This document shows positions 28,169 through 38,474 of a stretch of 64,000 bases of DNA, one piece after another. The translations under genes and the position numbers were made by a program. Every line of letters starts with the position of its first letter. Position 1 is the first letter of the stretch. The notes under the pieces were generated by a model. The model made no database searches, had not been told where the DNA came from, and saw only the letters and a program-made list of their open reading frames with translations. Origin of the DNA: an uncultured Oscillospiraceae bacterium (GTDB lineage Bacteria > Bacillota > Clostridia > Oscillospirales > Ruminococcaceae); the NCBI GenBank assembly GCA_905197685.1, contig CAJJZS010000001.1, positions 210,973 to 274,972 on the forward strand, written 5' to 3'.

Positions 28169-31100
28169 ATGGATGACCGATTTGTTCATTTACATTTGCA
28201 CAGCGAATACAGCCTCTTGGACGGAGCTTGCAGAATCAAACAATTAGTGGAACGCGCAAAGGAGCTTAATCAAAGCGCAGTGGCGATTACCGACCACGGA
28301 GTGATGTACGGCGCGATTGATTTTTATAAAGAGGCAAAGGCAAACGGCATTAAGCCGATTATCGGCTGTGAGGTCTATGTTGCGCCGCGAACCAGATTGG
28401 ATAAGGTAAGCGGTCTGGATAACTCTCCCTACCACTTGGTGCTGCTTTGTGAAAACGAAACGGGATATCGCAACCTGATTAAACTGGTTTCCCGCAGCTT
28501 TACCGAAGGCTTTTACTTTAAACCCCGCATTGACCGAGAACTGTTAAAGGAACATTCAGAGGGGTTAATTGCCCTTTCTGCCTGTCTTGCGGGAGAGGTG
28601 CCGCGCGCGTTAAGCCGCAACGACTATGCGCAGGCAAAGGAAGCGGCGCAGTTTTATCTGGATGTTTTCGGACCGGAGCATTATTTTATCGAGCTGCAAA
28701 ATCACGGAATCCATGAACAGCAGCGGATTCTGCCGGATTTGGTGCGCCTTGCAAAGGAATTGCAGGTAGGTTTGGTTGCGACCAATGACTGCCACTATCT
28801 GAAAAAAGAGGACAGCGCAACCCAGAAAATTTTAATCTGTATTCAAACAAACCACACTTTGGAAGAAGATAACGGTATGGAGTTTGAAACGCAGGAATTT
28901 TACATGAAGTCCCGCAGTGAAATGTTTGCTGCGATGCGGGAATGTATCGGGGACGAAAGCGTGATTGAACAGGCGTTGGATAATACGGTTCAAATCGCGC
29001 AGCGCTGTAATGTGGAGTTTGTGTTCGGACACCACATCCTGCCGCGTTTTGAAGTGCCGGACGGCAAGGATAATGTCACCTTCTTTCGGGAAAAATGCTA
29101 TGAAGGTTTTTATCGGCATTATGGCAGCAATCCGCCCGCAGAATATGCCGAACGCTTGGAGTATGAGCTTTCGGTTATCGAGAAGATGGGGTATGTAGAC
29201 TATTACCTGATTGTATGGGATTTTATTGATTATGCAAAACGAAACGGGATTCCTGTCGGTCCGGGGCGCGGTTCCGGTGCGGGAAGTATCGCTGCATACT
29301 GTATCGGCATTACCGGAATCGACCCGATGAAATATCATCTGCTGTTCGAGCGGTTTTTAAATCCGGAACGCGTCAGTATGCCTGATTTTGATATCGACTT
29401 TTGCTATGAGCGTCGGGAAGAAGTTATCGACTATGTAATCAGAAAATACGGAAAAGAGCGTGTCGCTCAGATTATCACCTTCGGTACAATGGCGGCAAGG
29501 GGAGGAATCCGCGATGTCGGCAGAGTGCTGGGAATGGACTATCAACAGGTGGATAAGGTAGCCAAAGCAATCCCGATGGAGCTGCATATGACGATTGCAA
29601 AAGCGTTGGAACGCTCGCCCGACCTGAAAATCATGTATGAAAGCGACCCGCAGGTAAAGGAACTTGTAGACCAGGCAGCAAAGATTGAAGGAATGCCCCG
29701 CCACGCTTCCACCCACGCGGCAGGCGTTGTTATTGCAAGGGACGCGGTGGAAAGCTATGTTCCGCTTGCAAAAAATGACGAGGCGATTGTCACCCAGTAT
29801 ACAATGACAACATTAGAGGAACTGGGACTGCTGAAAATGGACTTTCTGGGATTGAGGAACTTAACGGTAATCAGCGACGCAGAAAAGATGATTCGTCGGC
29901 AAAACCCGGATTTTGAGATTGAAACAATTCCCTTAGATGATGCGCAGACCTTTGAAATGATGTCCAAAGGGCAGGCAAAGGGGGTATTTCAGTTCGAGTC
30001 GGGCGGCATGAGACAGGTTCTGGTTCAGCTGAAGCCGGAATCGGTGGAGGATTTGATTGCGGTTATCTCTTTGTATCGTCCCGGACCGATGGACTCGATT
30101 CCGAAATATATTAAAAACCGCCACAATCCGCAGGAGATTACCTATAAAACGCCGCAGCTCAAGGAGATTTTGGATGTTACCTACGGCTGTATCGTTTACC
30201 AGGAGCAGGTTATGCAGATTTGCCGAAAACTGGCAGGATATTCCTACGGCAGGGCGGATTTGGTTCGTCGCGCAATGTCTAAAAAGAAGCACGATGTGAT
30301 GGAAAAGGAACGCCAAAACTTTATTTGGGGAGCCAAAAAAGAGGACGGTTCGGTCGAGTGTGTCGGCTGTGTGGCAAACGGAATCAGCGAACAAATTGCC
30401 AACGAAATCTTTGACGAGATGAGTTCCTTCGCTTCTTATGCGTTTAATAAATCGCACGCGGCTGCATACGCAATCGTTGCCTATCGCACTGCATATCTGA
30501 AGGCGCATTACCCCAAAGAGTATATGGCAGCGCTGCTTACCAGTATTTTGGATAATACCGATAAAATGCTCGGTTACCTCAAAGAATGTGATACCATGAA
30601 GATTAAGATTCTGCCGCCGGATATCAACCGCAGCCGAACCGGCTTCATTGTAGAGGACGGTTGTATCCGTTTTGGATTTTTGGGGGTAAAAAATCTGGGG
30701 AAAGGCGTTATGCAGGCATTGGTGAAAGAACGGGACGAAAACGGCGCTTTTCAGGATTTGGACGACCTGTGCGAGCGAATGTACGGGCAGGATTTAAACC
30801 GCAGGGCGATTGAAAGCCTGATTAAGTGCGGAGCATTGGACAGATTCGGACACAATCGGCGGGAACTGCTGGAAGGTTACTCGGTTTTGGTCAGCGATAT
30901 TGACAACCGCTATAAAAACAATCTGGAGGGGCAGATGAATCTGTTTGACACGCCCGAGCTTTCTGCAACCAAACAGAGTTTCACCTTGCCTCACCTGGAA
31001 GAATATCCGCCGGATGTAAAACTTGCGATGGAAAAAGAGGTAACGGGACTGTATGTTTCCGGACACCCGCTGATGCAGTATCGGGAAACGGCAAAACAGT

Positions 31101-31795
31101 TGGGTACTGTCGAGCTGGAGGAATTTTCTTCGGAAGAAGATTCGGGACTGTTGCTGCAAACCCGCGGAAAATACCGCGATGGAGATATTGTGCGGGTGCT
31201 GTGCATTGTCACAGGAAAGAGGACAAAGATTTTAAAAAGACGAGGATATATGGCGTTTGTCACTTTGGAGGATACCAGCGGTTCAATAGAGATGCTGGTG
31301 TTCCCGCAAACCTATGACCAGTACCGCTATTTGCTTGAAGAAAATCAGGTTTTGTGCATTGAAGCAAGGCTGAGTATCCGAGAAGACGAGGAAACAAAGC
31401 TGGTTTGCCGCTCGGTTGCTCTCCCGCAAGAAGCGGTCGGACAGGCAAAACCAACGCCTAAAGATAATCCGACAGCTCCGGCTGCGGCAGCTCCCGTAAG
31501 GTCTGCGACCAAACCGACCGAAGCGGGAATGAGGAAAAAAACAGGTAAACGCCCGGGACTGTATCTGCGTGTTCCTTCCAAAGAAAGCAGAGAATTTCTG
31601 AAATCGGAACAGTATCTGGATATTTTTGAAGGGGATATGCCGGTTTACTTCTTCTTTAAGGACAGCGGAAAACTGGTCTGCGCTCCGCATAAAATGTGGA
31701 TTACGCTGAACCGACCGCTTTATGCGCAGTTAAGCGTGATTTTGGGAGAAGAAAATGTGGCTTTGGTCGTTCCGGAAAAGGAAGGAAATTTATAA
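28169..31795 (+). CDS. dnaE: DNA polymerase III alpha subunit, DnaE type
   Basis: The N-terminal PHP domain reads HLHLHSEYSLLDG. The palm reads PDFDIDF. An OB domain and a C-terminal tail follow. The protein is 1208 aa. Confidence 0.9.
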   Translation: MDDRFVHLHLHSEYSLLDGACRIKQLVERAKELNQSAVAITDHGVMYGAIDFYKEAKANGIKPIIGCEVYVAPRTRLDKVSGLDNSPYHLVLLCENETGYRNLIKLVSRSFTEGFYFKPRIDRELLKEHSEGLIALSACLAGEVPRALSRNDYAQAKEAAQFYLDVFGPEHYFIELQNHGIHEQQRILPDLVRLAKELQVGLVATNDCHYLKKEDSATQKILICIQTNHTLEEDNGMEFETQEFYMKSRSEMFAAMRECIGDESVIEQALDNTVQIAQRCNVEFVFGHHILPRFEVPDGKDNVTFFREKCYEGFYRHYGSNPPAEYAERLEYELSVIEKMGYVDYYLIVWDFIDYAKRNGIPVGPGRGSGAGSIAAYCIGITGIDPMKYHLLFERFLNPERVSMPDFDIDFCYERREEVIDYVIRKYGKERVAQIITFGTMAARGGIRDVGRVLGMDYQQVDKVAKAIPMELHMTIAKALERSPDLKIMYESDPQVKELVDQAAKIEGMPRHASTHAAGVVIARDAVESYVPLAKNDEAIVTQYTMTTLEELGLLKMDFLGLRNLTVISDAEKMIRRQNPDFEIETIPLDDAQTFEMMSKGQAKGVFQFESGGMRQVLVQLKPESVEDLIAVISLYRPGPMDSIPKYIKNRHNPQEITYKTPQLKEILDVTYGCIVYQEQVMQICRKLAGYSYGRADLVRRAMSKKKHDVMEKERQNFIWGAKKEDGSVECVGCVANGISEQIANEIFDEMSSFASYAFNKSHAAAYAIVAYRTAYLKAHYPKEYMAALLTSILDNTDKMLGYLKECDTMKIKILPPDINRSRTGFIVEDGCIRFGFLGVKNLGKGVMQALVKERDENGAFQDLDDLCERMYGQDLNRRAIESLIKCGALDRFGHNRRELLEGYSVLVSDIDNRYKNNLEGQMNLFDTPELSATKQSFTLPHLEEYPPDVKLAMEKEVTGLYVSGHPLMQYRETAKQLGTVELEEFSSEEDSGLLLQTRGKYRDGDIVRVLCIVTGKRTKILKRRGYMAFVTLEDTSGSIEMLVFPQTYDQYRYLLEENQVLCIEARLSIREDEETKLVCRSVALPQEAVGQAKPTPKDNPTAPAAAAPVRSATKPTEAGMRKKTGKRPGLYLRVPSKESREFLKSEQYLDIFEGDMPVYFFFKDSGKLVCAPHKMWITLNRPLYAQLSVILGEENVALVVPEKEGNL

Positions 31796-32022
31796 CGGGT
31801 TTATCGGCTTTTAGTCGATATTTGCAGCATTTTTGCATGGATTTTTGTCTAACTTTCCGTAAAATTACCGGATTTGGGATTTTATCCGAATAAGGCTTGT
31901 CTGAACAGGATAAATGTTTTATAATTAACAAAGTAGAGAGTAGAAAATACACGGGAAAATCTGTTCTGAAAGAAGCTGCTGCACCTTTCAGTACGGTACC
32001 TTTACCGGATGGAGGATTTTTT

Positions 32023-33000
32023 ATGAATGACAAAAATCAAAAAGTAATCGGCGTACTGACCAGCGGCGGCGACGCACCGGGCATGAACGCTGCAATCAGA
32101 GCGGTTGTCAGAACCGCAATAAAAAAAGATATGCAGGTAATGGGAATCCGCAGAGGATATAACGGCTTAATCAACGGGGATATGTCCGAGATGAATATCC
32201 GCTCGGTGTCCAACGTTCTTCATCGCGGAGGAACCATGCTGCTCACGGCGCGCTGTAACGAATTTAAAACAGAGGAAGGTCAGGACCAGGCGGTTGCTGT
32301 TTGTAAAGAGCTTGGAATCGACGGTCTGGTTATCATCGGCGGCGACGGTTCCTTTATGGGCGCAAGAGCGCTGTCTATTAAAGGAATCCCATGTATCGGT
32401 ATTCCGGGCACCATCGACAACGATATTGCCTGCACCGATTACACCATTGGATTTGATACCGCATTGAATACAGCGGTAGAGGCAATCGATCGTCTGCGCG
32501 ACACCTCCGAATCGCATGACAGATGCTCGGTGGTAGAAGTTATGGGTCACGGAGCAGGACATCTTGCGCTGTATGCAAGCGTTGCCTGCGGCGGTACTGC
32601 TTGTTGGGTGAATGAGATTGGTTTTGATGTAGACCGAGATATTATCGAAAAGATGAACAGCACCCTGAGAACCGGAAAACATAACTTCATCGTTATTGTT
32701 TCGGAAGGAATTACCGATGTTCATCGCCTTGCGCGCTATATTGAGGAAAAGACAGGCGTTGAATCCCGCGCTACCGTACTGGGACACATTCAGCGCGGAG
32801 GCACACCGAGCGCGCGCGACCGCATTATTGCAAGCCAGATGGGTTGTTATGCGGTAGAATTGCTTGAGCAGGGTATCGGCAACCGCGTGGTGATTCAGAA
32901 AAATTCCAAGATTATCGACTATGATATTCTGGAAGCGTTGACCATGAAAAAAGGATTGGACCCGAAACTGTTGGAAGTGGATCAGACAATCAATATCTAA
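32023..33000 (+). CDS. pfkA: ATP-dependent 6-phosphofructokinase
   Basis: The N-terminus reads GVLTSGGDAPGMNAAIR. The sequence continues GGDGS..GIPGTIDND..MGR. The RBS is GGAGGA. Confidence 0.9.
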   Translation: MNDKNQKVIGVLTSGGDAPGMNAAIRAVVRTAIKKDMQVMGIRRGYNGLINGDMSEMNIRSVSNVLHRGGTMLLTARCNEFKTEEGQDQAVAVCKELGIDGLVIIGGDGSFMGARALSIKGIPCIGIPGTIDNDIACTDYTIGFDTALNTAVEAIDRLRDTSESHDRCSVVEVMGHGAGHLALYASVACGGTACWVNEIGFDVDRDIIEKMNSTLRTGKHNFIVIVSEGITDVHRLARYIEEKTGVESRATVLGHIQRGGTPSARDRIIASQMGCYAVELLEQGIGNRVVIQKNSKIIDYDILEALTMKKGLDPKLLEVDQTINI

Positions 33001-33023
33001 AACCGATTACGGAGGATGGTTTT

Positions 33024-33512
33024 ATGGAAATCGAACGAAAATTTTTGATTGATTGGAACCAAATCACAAATATGGGGCTGCCGCTTGTTAAACAGGCAAA
33101 CAGCCGCCAGGGTTATTTAAGCGCCGCTGTACCGGTAGTACGGATTCGTGAGCGCGTGTTTTCCGATGGACATACCGATTATATTCTGTGCATCAAAGGA
33201 AAAGGCAGATTGGCAAGACAGGAGATAGAAAAGGAACTTTCCGAACAGGAGTTTCATGCTTTGGAAGAGCTTCTCCCGATTCCGATGATTCAAAAAGATT
33301 ATCGGGTTTACCGCCTTTCGGACGGACATTTGCTGGAATGTAGCTTGGTGGATCAAAAATTTGCCTATGCAGAGGTGGAGTTTTCCTCGATGGAGGAGGC
33401 GAACGCCTTTGTTATGCCGGAGTTTTTGCTTAAAGATGTAACCGAAGACCCGTATTATTCGATGGCAGGATATTGGAAACGCAAACAGATTACCGTTTCT
33501 TTTGAGTTGTAA
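33024..33512 (+). CDS. CYTH-domain protein (triphosphate tunnel metalloenzyme)
   Basis: The hallmark N-terminus reads MEIERKFL. Confidence 0.75.
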   Translation: MEIERKFLIDWNQITNMGLPLVKQANSRQGYLSAAVPVVRIRERVFSDGHTDYILCIKGKGRLARQEIEKELSEQEFHALEELLPIPMIQKDYRVYRLSDGHLLECSLVDQKFAYAEVEFSSMEEANAFVMPEFLLKDVTEDPYYSMAGYWKRKQITVSFEL

Positions 33513-33514
33513 TA

Positions 33515-33556
33515 AAAAAGTGAACTGCAATAAAAAAGCAGTTCACTTTTTATTTT
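33515..33556. terminator. Bidirectional rho-independent terminator
   Basis: The sequence is AAAAAA-GTGAACTGC-loop-GCAGTTCAC-TTTTTATTTTT. Confidence 0.7.
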
Positions 33557-35781
33557 TATTGAGTTACCTTTTTAAACAGCAGCCATGTGGTGACAAAGTA
33601 GCAGGCGAACAGCAAAAAGAAGATGAGAGTTACACAAATTGCAGAGAAAATCAGCGGGGAATAACCGATATAAGCCTGAATTTCCGCCGGAAAACTTTGC
33701 GTAAGGCTGATAAAAAAGATGAAAGAAAGAAGTAATGCGGTGAAAACGGGGACGCCGAACCACAGTAACAGCTGTTTTCCGATTAAACGGTTTCCCTGCG
33801 CTTCATCAATCCCCATCTTGCGCAGCACAGAGAATCGGTAGTGATACTGCGGAGCGTCGAACAGTTGCTGAAGGGAAAGAACGGTAAAACAGGACACTAA
33901 AAGAACCAGCGCGCTGTATATCATCGACGCTTTTAAGATGAAGGTGTTTGCGATGTTGTCGTTGACCTGCCGGGTGGCAGTGCGGATAAAAAAGCGCATA
34001 CCGATACCGTCCTGCGGTTCTTCAGGGAAATATTTGTCAAACATTTCTTCCAGACCGACGGCAACAGAAAAAGGCAGCGGTTTTTCGGTCATCAGATAGC
34101 GGTGGCTCATCACCGGAAACAGCTGTTCACAGATATGGTCGGGGAAAATTAACAGAAGGTTGGTGTAGATATTGTAGATACTTTCTCCGATGGAATTTTG
34201 GTAGATGCCGTTCTGCTTTAAGGTAAGCGGTCCTGCGTCGGTATCCAGTTTGTGATGTTGGGAAATCCAATCCTCAACCTCGGAATCAAGGGCAATACTT
34301 TGACGGTTTATCGCAAATTCATTTTCCTGTAAAGAAATCGGTTCGTACCCCAGCATTTCTGCCAGACGATTGTAATCGGAAAGGGAAACGGCGACAACGG
34401 GAAAATCCTGTTTTACTCTTTGATGAAACTGTTCGCGCTTTGGAAGATAAAGCGAAACCAAGCAATCTGCTTTGACTGCAACCTGATGTTCACTGAGGTA
34501 ATCGTCGATTTGGGCATAATCGGAAAGCACCAGCTGAGATTCGTCAACAGTATCTTCATAGCGGGAAGAAATCTGAATGTCAAAGACAGAACGCTCCTTT
34601 AAATATCCGTTTGCCCAACCGCAAAGAAACGGCTCTGTTAAAAACAGACAAAGCGAAAAGGTTAAGGTCAGGCAGATTAACGCCATGGTTTTGCTGGTTG
34701 TTTTCAGTTTTGATAAAACCTGCCCAAAGAAAAACAGATTTGTTTCCCGATAGCGAATGTGAGGAAAGCGCTGTTTGATCCACAGCAAAAAGAAGCCGAG
34801 CAGAAAGAACAGACAGAATACAGCAAAGATAAGCTCCAAAACCAGCAATCCCATATACAGGTTCAGCGTACTTGCATCAAACGGTAAAAAATATTTTTGA
34901 GTAAGAACCGGCGCAAGAGAAAAACAAAAGATACGAGCGAGAGATATTGGAAATAAAACAGCAATCAGTCGGGAAACAGAAAACCGCTTTCGTAAAAAAA
35001 GACGGAGCAGAATCGCCGCTACAGACGCTGCCGGAAGAAGAATTGTTCCCCAGTACAGCAGATGTGCCGGTAAGGGAAAACGCGGGTCAAAAAAGTATAA
35101 CAGATGGCGAATCCCAAAAATGCAGGTATAAACCGAAAGCAAAGCATATGCGGCAATCAGGATGCGGATTCCCAAATCCTTGCTTAGGGTCGGTTCATTT
35201 TTTTGTTCTGCATACAGCATATCAATTACTTTGATTTTTCGGATAAAGCGGATATTCCATGCACCGATTACCAAAAAGATGAAAAGAAAAACTCCGCAGG
35301 TCAGCAAAACGGTGTCGGGAAACAGCATCCAGGACAAGGTAAACGGTTTTCCAAAGGAGTTTAACAGCATAGCAGTGATAAACTGGGAAAACACACTTCC
35401 CAACAAAACCCCGAGCAGAATGGAAAAAATCCCCATAATCAGCGTTTCAAAAAAGAATAACAGGGCGGTAGTCCTTCGCTCCATGCCGATGACGGTCTGA
35501 ACGGCAAACTCCTTTTGCCTCCGCAGAATCATGTAGCGGTTTACATAGGAAATCAGGAATAAAAGCAGCAGACTGATCACACAGATTGCCAGCTTCACGC
35601 CGCCGCTTAACATCTGCAAATCATACTCCAATCCCAAATCCGGTTGGTAGTAATCGCTGGTAACGGATAACAGGGAATAAAACATTGAAATACATAATGT
35701 GAGCGTAACAAGATAAATCAGATAATCTTTTAAGGAACGCTTGGCGTTTTTAAAGACTAATTTTGCATACATTAAAAGCAC
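33556..35781 (-). CDS. BceB-type FtsX-family ABC permease (module 1)
   Basis: The 741-aa protein has two FtsX 4-TM bundles. A large extracytoplasmic domain lies between TM7 and TM8. Confidence 0.8.
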   Translation of the reverse strand: MLLMYAKLVFKNAKRSLKDYLIYLVTLTLCISMFYSLLSVTSDYYQPDLGLEYDLQMLSGGVKLAICVISLLLLFLISYVNRYMILRRQKEFAVQTVIGMERRTTALLFFFETLIMGIFSILLGVLLGSVFSQFITAMLLNSFGKPFTLSWMLFPDTVLLTCGVFLFIFLVIGAWNIRFIRKIKVIDMLYAEQKNEPTLSKDLGIRILIAAYALLSVYTCIFGIRHLLYFFDPRFPLPAHLLYWGTILLPAASVAAILLRLFLRKRFSVSRLIAVLFPISLARIFCFSLAPVLTQKYFLPFDASTLNLYMGLLVLELIFAVFCLFFLLGFFLLWIKQRFPHIRYRETNLFFFGQVLSKLKTTSKTMALICLTLTFSLCLFLTEPFLCGWANGYLKERSVFDIQISSRYEDTVDESQLVLSDYAQIDDYLSEHQVAVKADCLVSLYLPKREQFHQRVKQDFPVVAVSLSDYNRLAEMLGYEPISLQENEFAINRQSIALDSEVEDWISQHHKLDTDAGPLTLKQNGIYQNSIGESIYNIYTNLLLIFPDHICEQLFPVMSHRYLMTEKPLPFSVAVGLEEMFDKYFPEEPQDGIGMRFFIRTATRQVNDNIANTFILKASMIYSALVLLVSCFTVLSLQQLFDAPQYHYRFSVLRKMGIDEAQGNRLIGKQLLLWFGVPVFTALLLSFIFFISLTQSFPAEIQAYIGYSPLIFSAICVTLIFFLLFACYFVTTWLLFKKVTQ

Positions 35782-35820
35782 CTCTTTTCACAAGATACAA
35801 CAGGACAGTCAGTCTGCATT

Positions 35821-36594
35821 TTAAAGGGATTGAATCTCATTACCCCCGCCCCCCATCATGGTAAGAACGTCCAAAATGCGGTCAAAAAACTCGTGGCGGG
35901 ATTGCTCTCCCTTTCGGATTTCGGTAAAGATAACACCGTCACGCAAAAACAAGATGCGGTCAGTATAACTTGCGGCAAAGGCGTCATGCGTTACCATGAG
36001 AATGGTTGCGCTGAGCTGGACGTTGATTTTTTGCAGGGTGGACAGCAGCATCTGGGAAGAATGGCTGTCCAGCGCACCGGTCGGCTCGTCGGCTAAAATC
36101 AATTTTGGATTGTGTATCAGGGCGCGGGCGCAGGCGCAGCGCTGTTTTTGACCGCCCGATACCTGATAGGGGTATTTATTCAGAATGTCGGAGATGTTTA
36201 ATTTTTTTGCCATCTCTTCAATCTGTGTTTCAATCAGTTCGGGCTTCACATGGTTGATGGTGAGGGCAAGAGCAATATTTTCCGAAACGGTAAGGGTGTC
36301 TAACAGGTGAAAATCCTGAAAGATAAAACCAAGATTTTCTCTGCGGAACTTTGCAAGCTCTTTTTCTTTGATTTCGGTGATGTCGATATCGTTAAGATAA
36401 ATGTGTCCCGAGCTTACCGTGTCAATGGTCGAGATGCAGTTGAGCATGGTAGTTTTTCCCGAACCGGAAGCGCCCATAATGCCGACAAACTCTCCTTCAT
36501 CCACCGAAAAGCTGATGTCATTGATTGCTTTGGTAATGGTGTCTTGATTTCCGTAGTATTTTTGGATATGGTCCAATCGTAAAATTTGTTTCAT
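35821..36594 (-). CDS. BceA-type ABC ATP-binding protein (module 1)
   Basis: Walker A reads GASGSGKTT. The ABC signature reads LSGGQKQRCA. Walker B reads ILADEPTGALD. Confidence 0.85.
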   Translation of the reverse strand: MKQILRLDHIQKYYGNQDTITKAINDISFSVDEGEFVGIMGASGSGKTTMLNCISTIDTVSSGHIYLNDIDITEIKEKELAKFRRENLGFIFQDFHLLDTLTVSENIALALTINHVKPELIETQIEEMAKKLNISDILNKYPYQVSGGQKQRCACARALIHNPKLILADEPTGALDSHSSQMLLSTLQKINVQLSATILMVTHDAFAASYTDRILFLRDGVIFTEIRKGEQSRHEFFDRILDVLTMMGGGGNEIQSL

Positions 36595-36714
36595 AATAAA
36601 TAATCACCTCACCGATATTGTACAAAAGAAAAGGGGAAGTTGGTAGCAACTTCCCTTACAAAAATCTAACAAAATTGTAAGAACTTCTGCAAAAATGCAG
36701 AGAAAAAAGAAATA

Positions 36715-37740
36715 TTATCTTCTGTGGGACAAAATCAGATTGTTCTGATAAAAAGAGATGGAAAAGGTGCTGCCGTGACAATCGGCGGAAGTGTCGGAAG
36801 ATACGCTGATTTGGATTCCCAGCTTGTCGCAGAGCTGACGGCACAGATACAATCCCAAACCGGTGGAGTTTTGCTGTTTTCTGCCGTTGCTTCCGGTAAA
36901 TCCCTTTTCAAAGACGCGGGGCAGTTCGTCTGCCGGGATTCCGATTCCGTTATCCGAAAGGGAAAGAACGGTGTTTTCTCCCGATTGAGAAACAGAAAAG
37001 CAAAGCTCCGCCTGCTGAGAGCGGTATTTTACCGCATTGACAATCAGCTGATTTAAGATAAAGCGCAGCCATTTTTCGTCGCAAAAAACAAGGGCGTCTT
37101 CGGTGTCGAGAGAAACTGCGGCATTATTTTGCCGCAGCAGATATTTGTTATCGGCAATCGCCTGATGAATGACGCTAAGCAGAGAAATTTCCCGCACAGA
37201 GTAGTCCTTTTCGGTATGCTCCATGCGCGCATAGTAAAGCGCCTGTTCGATAAAATGACCGGTTTTTTCAATCTCGCTCAACATTCGGCGGGAAGCGGGG
37301 GAACGCTCGTTTTCACACAGCAGCTTCATCGCGGCGAGGGGAGTTTTGACCTCATGTACCCATTGTTCGATATATTCCCGATATTCTGCACGCTCTTGAT
37401 GTACCTGCGAAATCTGCTCCAACATGGATTTGTTGGAAAGGCGCAGGATTTTATAAAAGATAAGGTCATCGGCGCGTTCGGGAACGGGCATCATCTCGGA
37501 AATCAGATACCGCTCCTTTAAATTTTCGGTAAGGCGCAGCAGCGCTTCCAGCTGATGTTTGCGGTGAAGGTAGGAAAAGAAAATCCCCGCAGATAAAACC
37601 AGACACCATATCAGCAGGATAAATGCAACCGCAGCGGGGGAAAAGCGGTTAATCAACAAAAAAACAGTGAGCGCTGCCATGCAGACAAACTGAAGCAATA
37701 AAAACGGCAGCAGGTTTTTGAAATAGAGCTTTTTGTTCAT
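36715..37740 (-). CDS. Intramembrane-sensing histidine kinase, BceS-like (module 1)
   Basis: Two N-terminal TM helices have almost no extracellular loop. The H box reads HEVKTPL. HATPase motifs are present. It overlaps the response-regulator gene by 4 nt. Confidence 0.8.
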   Translation of the reverse strand: MNKKLYFKNLLPFLLLQFVCMAALTVFLLINRFSPAAVAFILLIWCLVLSAGIFFSYLHRKHQLEALLRLTENLKERYLISEMMPVPERADDLIFYKILRLSNKSMLEQISQVHQERAEYREYIEQWVHEVKTPLAAMKLLCENERSPASRRMLSEIEKTGHFIEQALYYARMEHTEKDYSVREISLLSVIHQAIADNKYLLRQNNAAVSLDTEDALVFCDEKWLRFILNQLIVNAVKYRSQQAELCFSVSQSGENTVLSLSDNGIGIPADELPRVFEKGFTGSNGRKQQNSTGLGLYLCRQLCDKLGIQISVSSDTSADCHGSTFSISFYQNNLILSHRR

Positions 37741-38399
37741 ATCGTGTACCCCTGCCGATGTTTGGTTTTGATAAAGTCGTTTAATCCGACAGCAGATAAT
37801 TTTTTTCGGATTCGGTTGATGTTCACGCTCAAAGCGTTGCTGTCAATGTACAGGCGACAGTCCCACAGATAGTCGATTAAATCGTCATAAGAACAAATTT
37901 TCCCCGCATTTTTAAACAAGTAGTATAAAATTTTTCCCTCATTTTTGGTAAGCTCTACCCTTTGTCCCCGGTATTCCAGCTCGCTGCATTCCGGATGTAA
38001 AACAGCTTGTTTGTGTTGCAGCAGTTGCGGTTGTTCGGCAGGATAGGAGCGCTTGAGCAAAGAAGCAATCTTTGCCAGCAAAATCGCGGTGTGATAAGGT
38101 TTTGTGATAAAAGCGTCGCCCCCGAGCATGATGCTGTTCAGTTCGTCCAGTTCGCTGTCCGAGCTGGTAACGAAGATAATCGGCAGGTTGGAAAAGGCGC
38201 GGATTTGGGAGCAAACGGAAAAGCCGCTGATGCCGGGCAGCTTAATATCCAACAGTACAAGATGAGGAGAGGTCTGCTTTACCTGCTGCGCAATTTGGGA
38301 AAAATCGTCCGGCGCAACAACCTCGTATCCGTTTGAGATAAGCAGCGTTTGCAGCTGCGAACGAATGACAGGGTCATCCTCTACAATAAAAAGTTTCAT
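37737..38399 (-). CDS. OmpR-family response regulator (module 1)
   Basis: The receiver domain reads MKLFIVEDD..D with a conserved Asp. A winged-helix C-terminus follows. The start at 38399 has the RBS GGAGG. Confidence 0.85.
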   Translation of the reverse strand: MKLFIVEDDPVIRSQLQTLLISNGYEVVAPDDFSQIAQQVKQTSPHLVLLDIKLPGISGFSVCSQIRAFSNLPIIFVTSSDSELDELNSIMLGGDAFITKPYHTAILLAKIASLLKRSYPAEQPQLLQHKQAVLHPECSELEYRGQRVELTKNEGKILYYLFKNAGKICSYDDLIDYLWDCRLYIDSNALSVNINRIRKKLSAVGLNDFIKTKHRQGYTI

Positions 38400-38474
38400 G
38401 ATTCGATACCTCCTGTGTCCTATTATAGCACGAAAGGGTCGAATCATGAAACAGTGTTGGGAATAAAAATGAAA

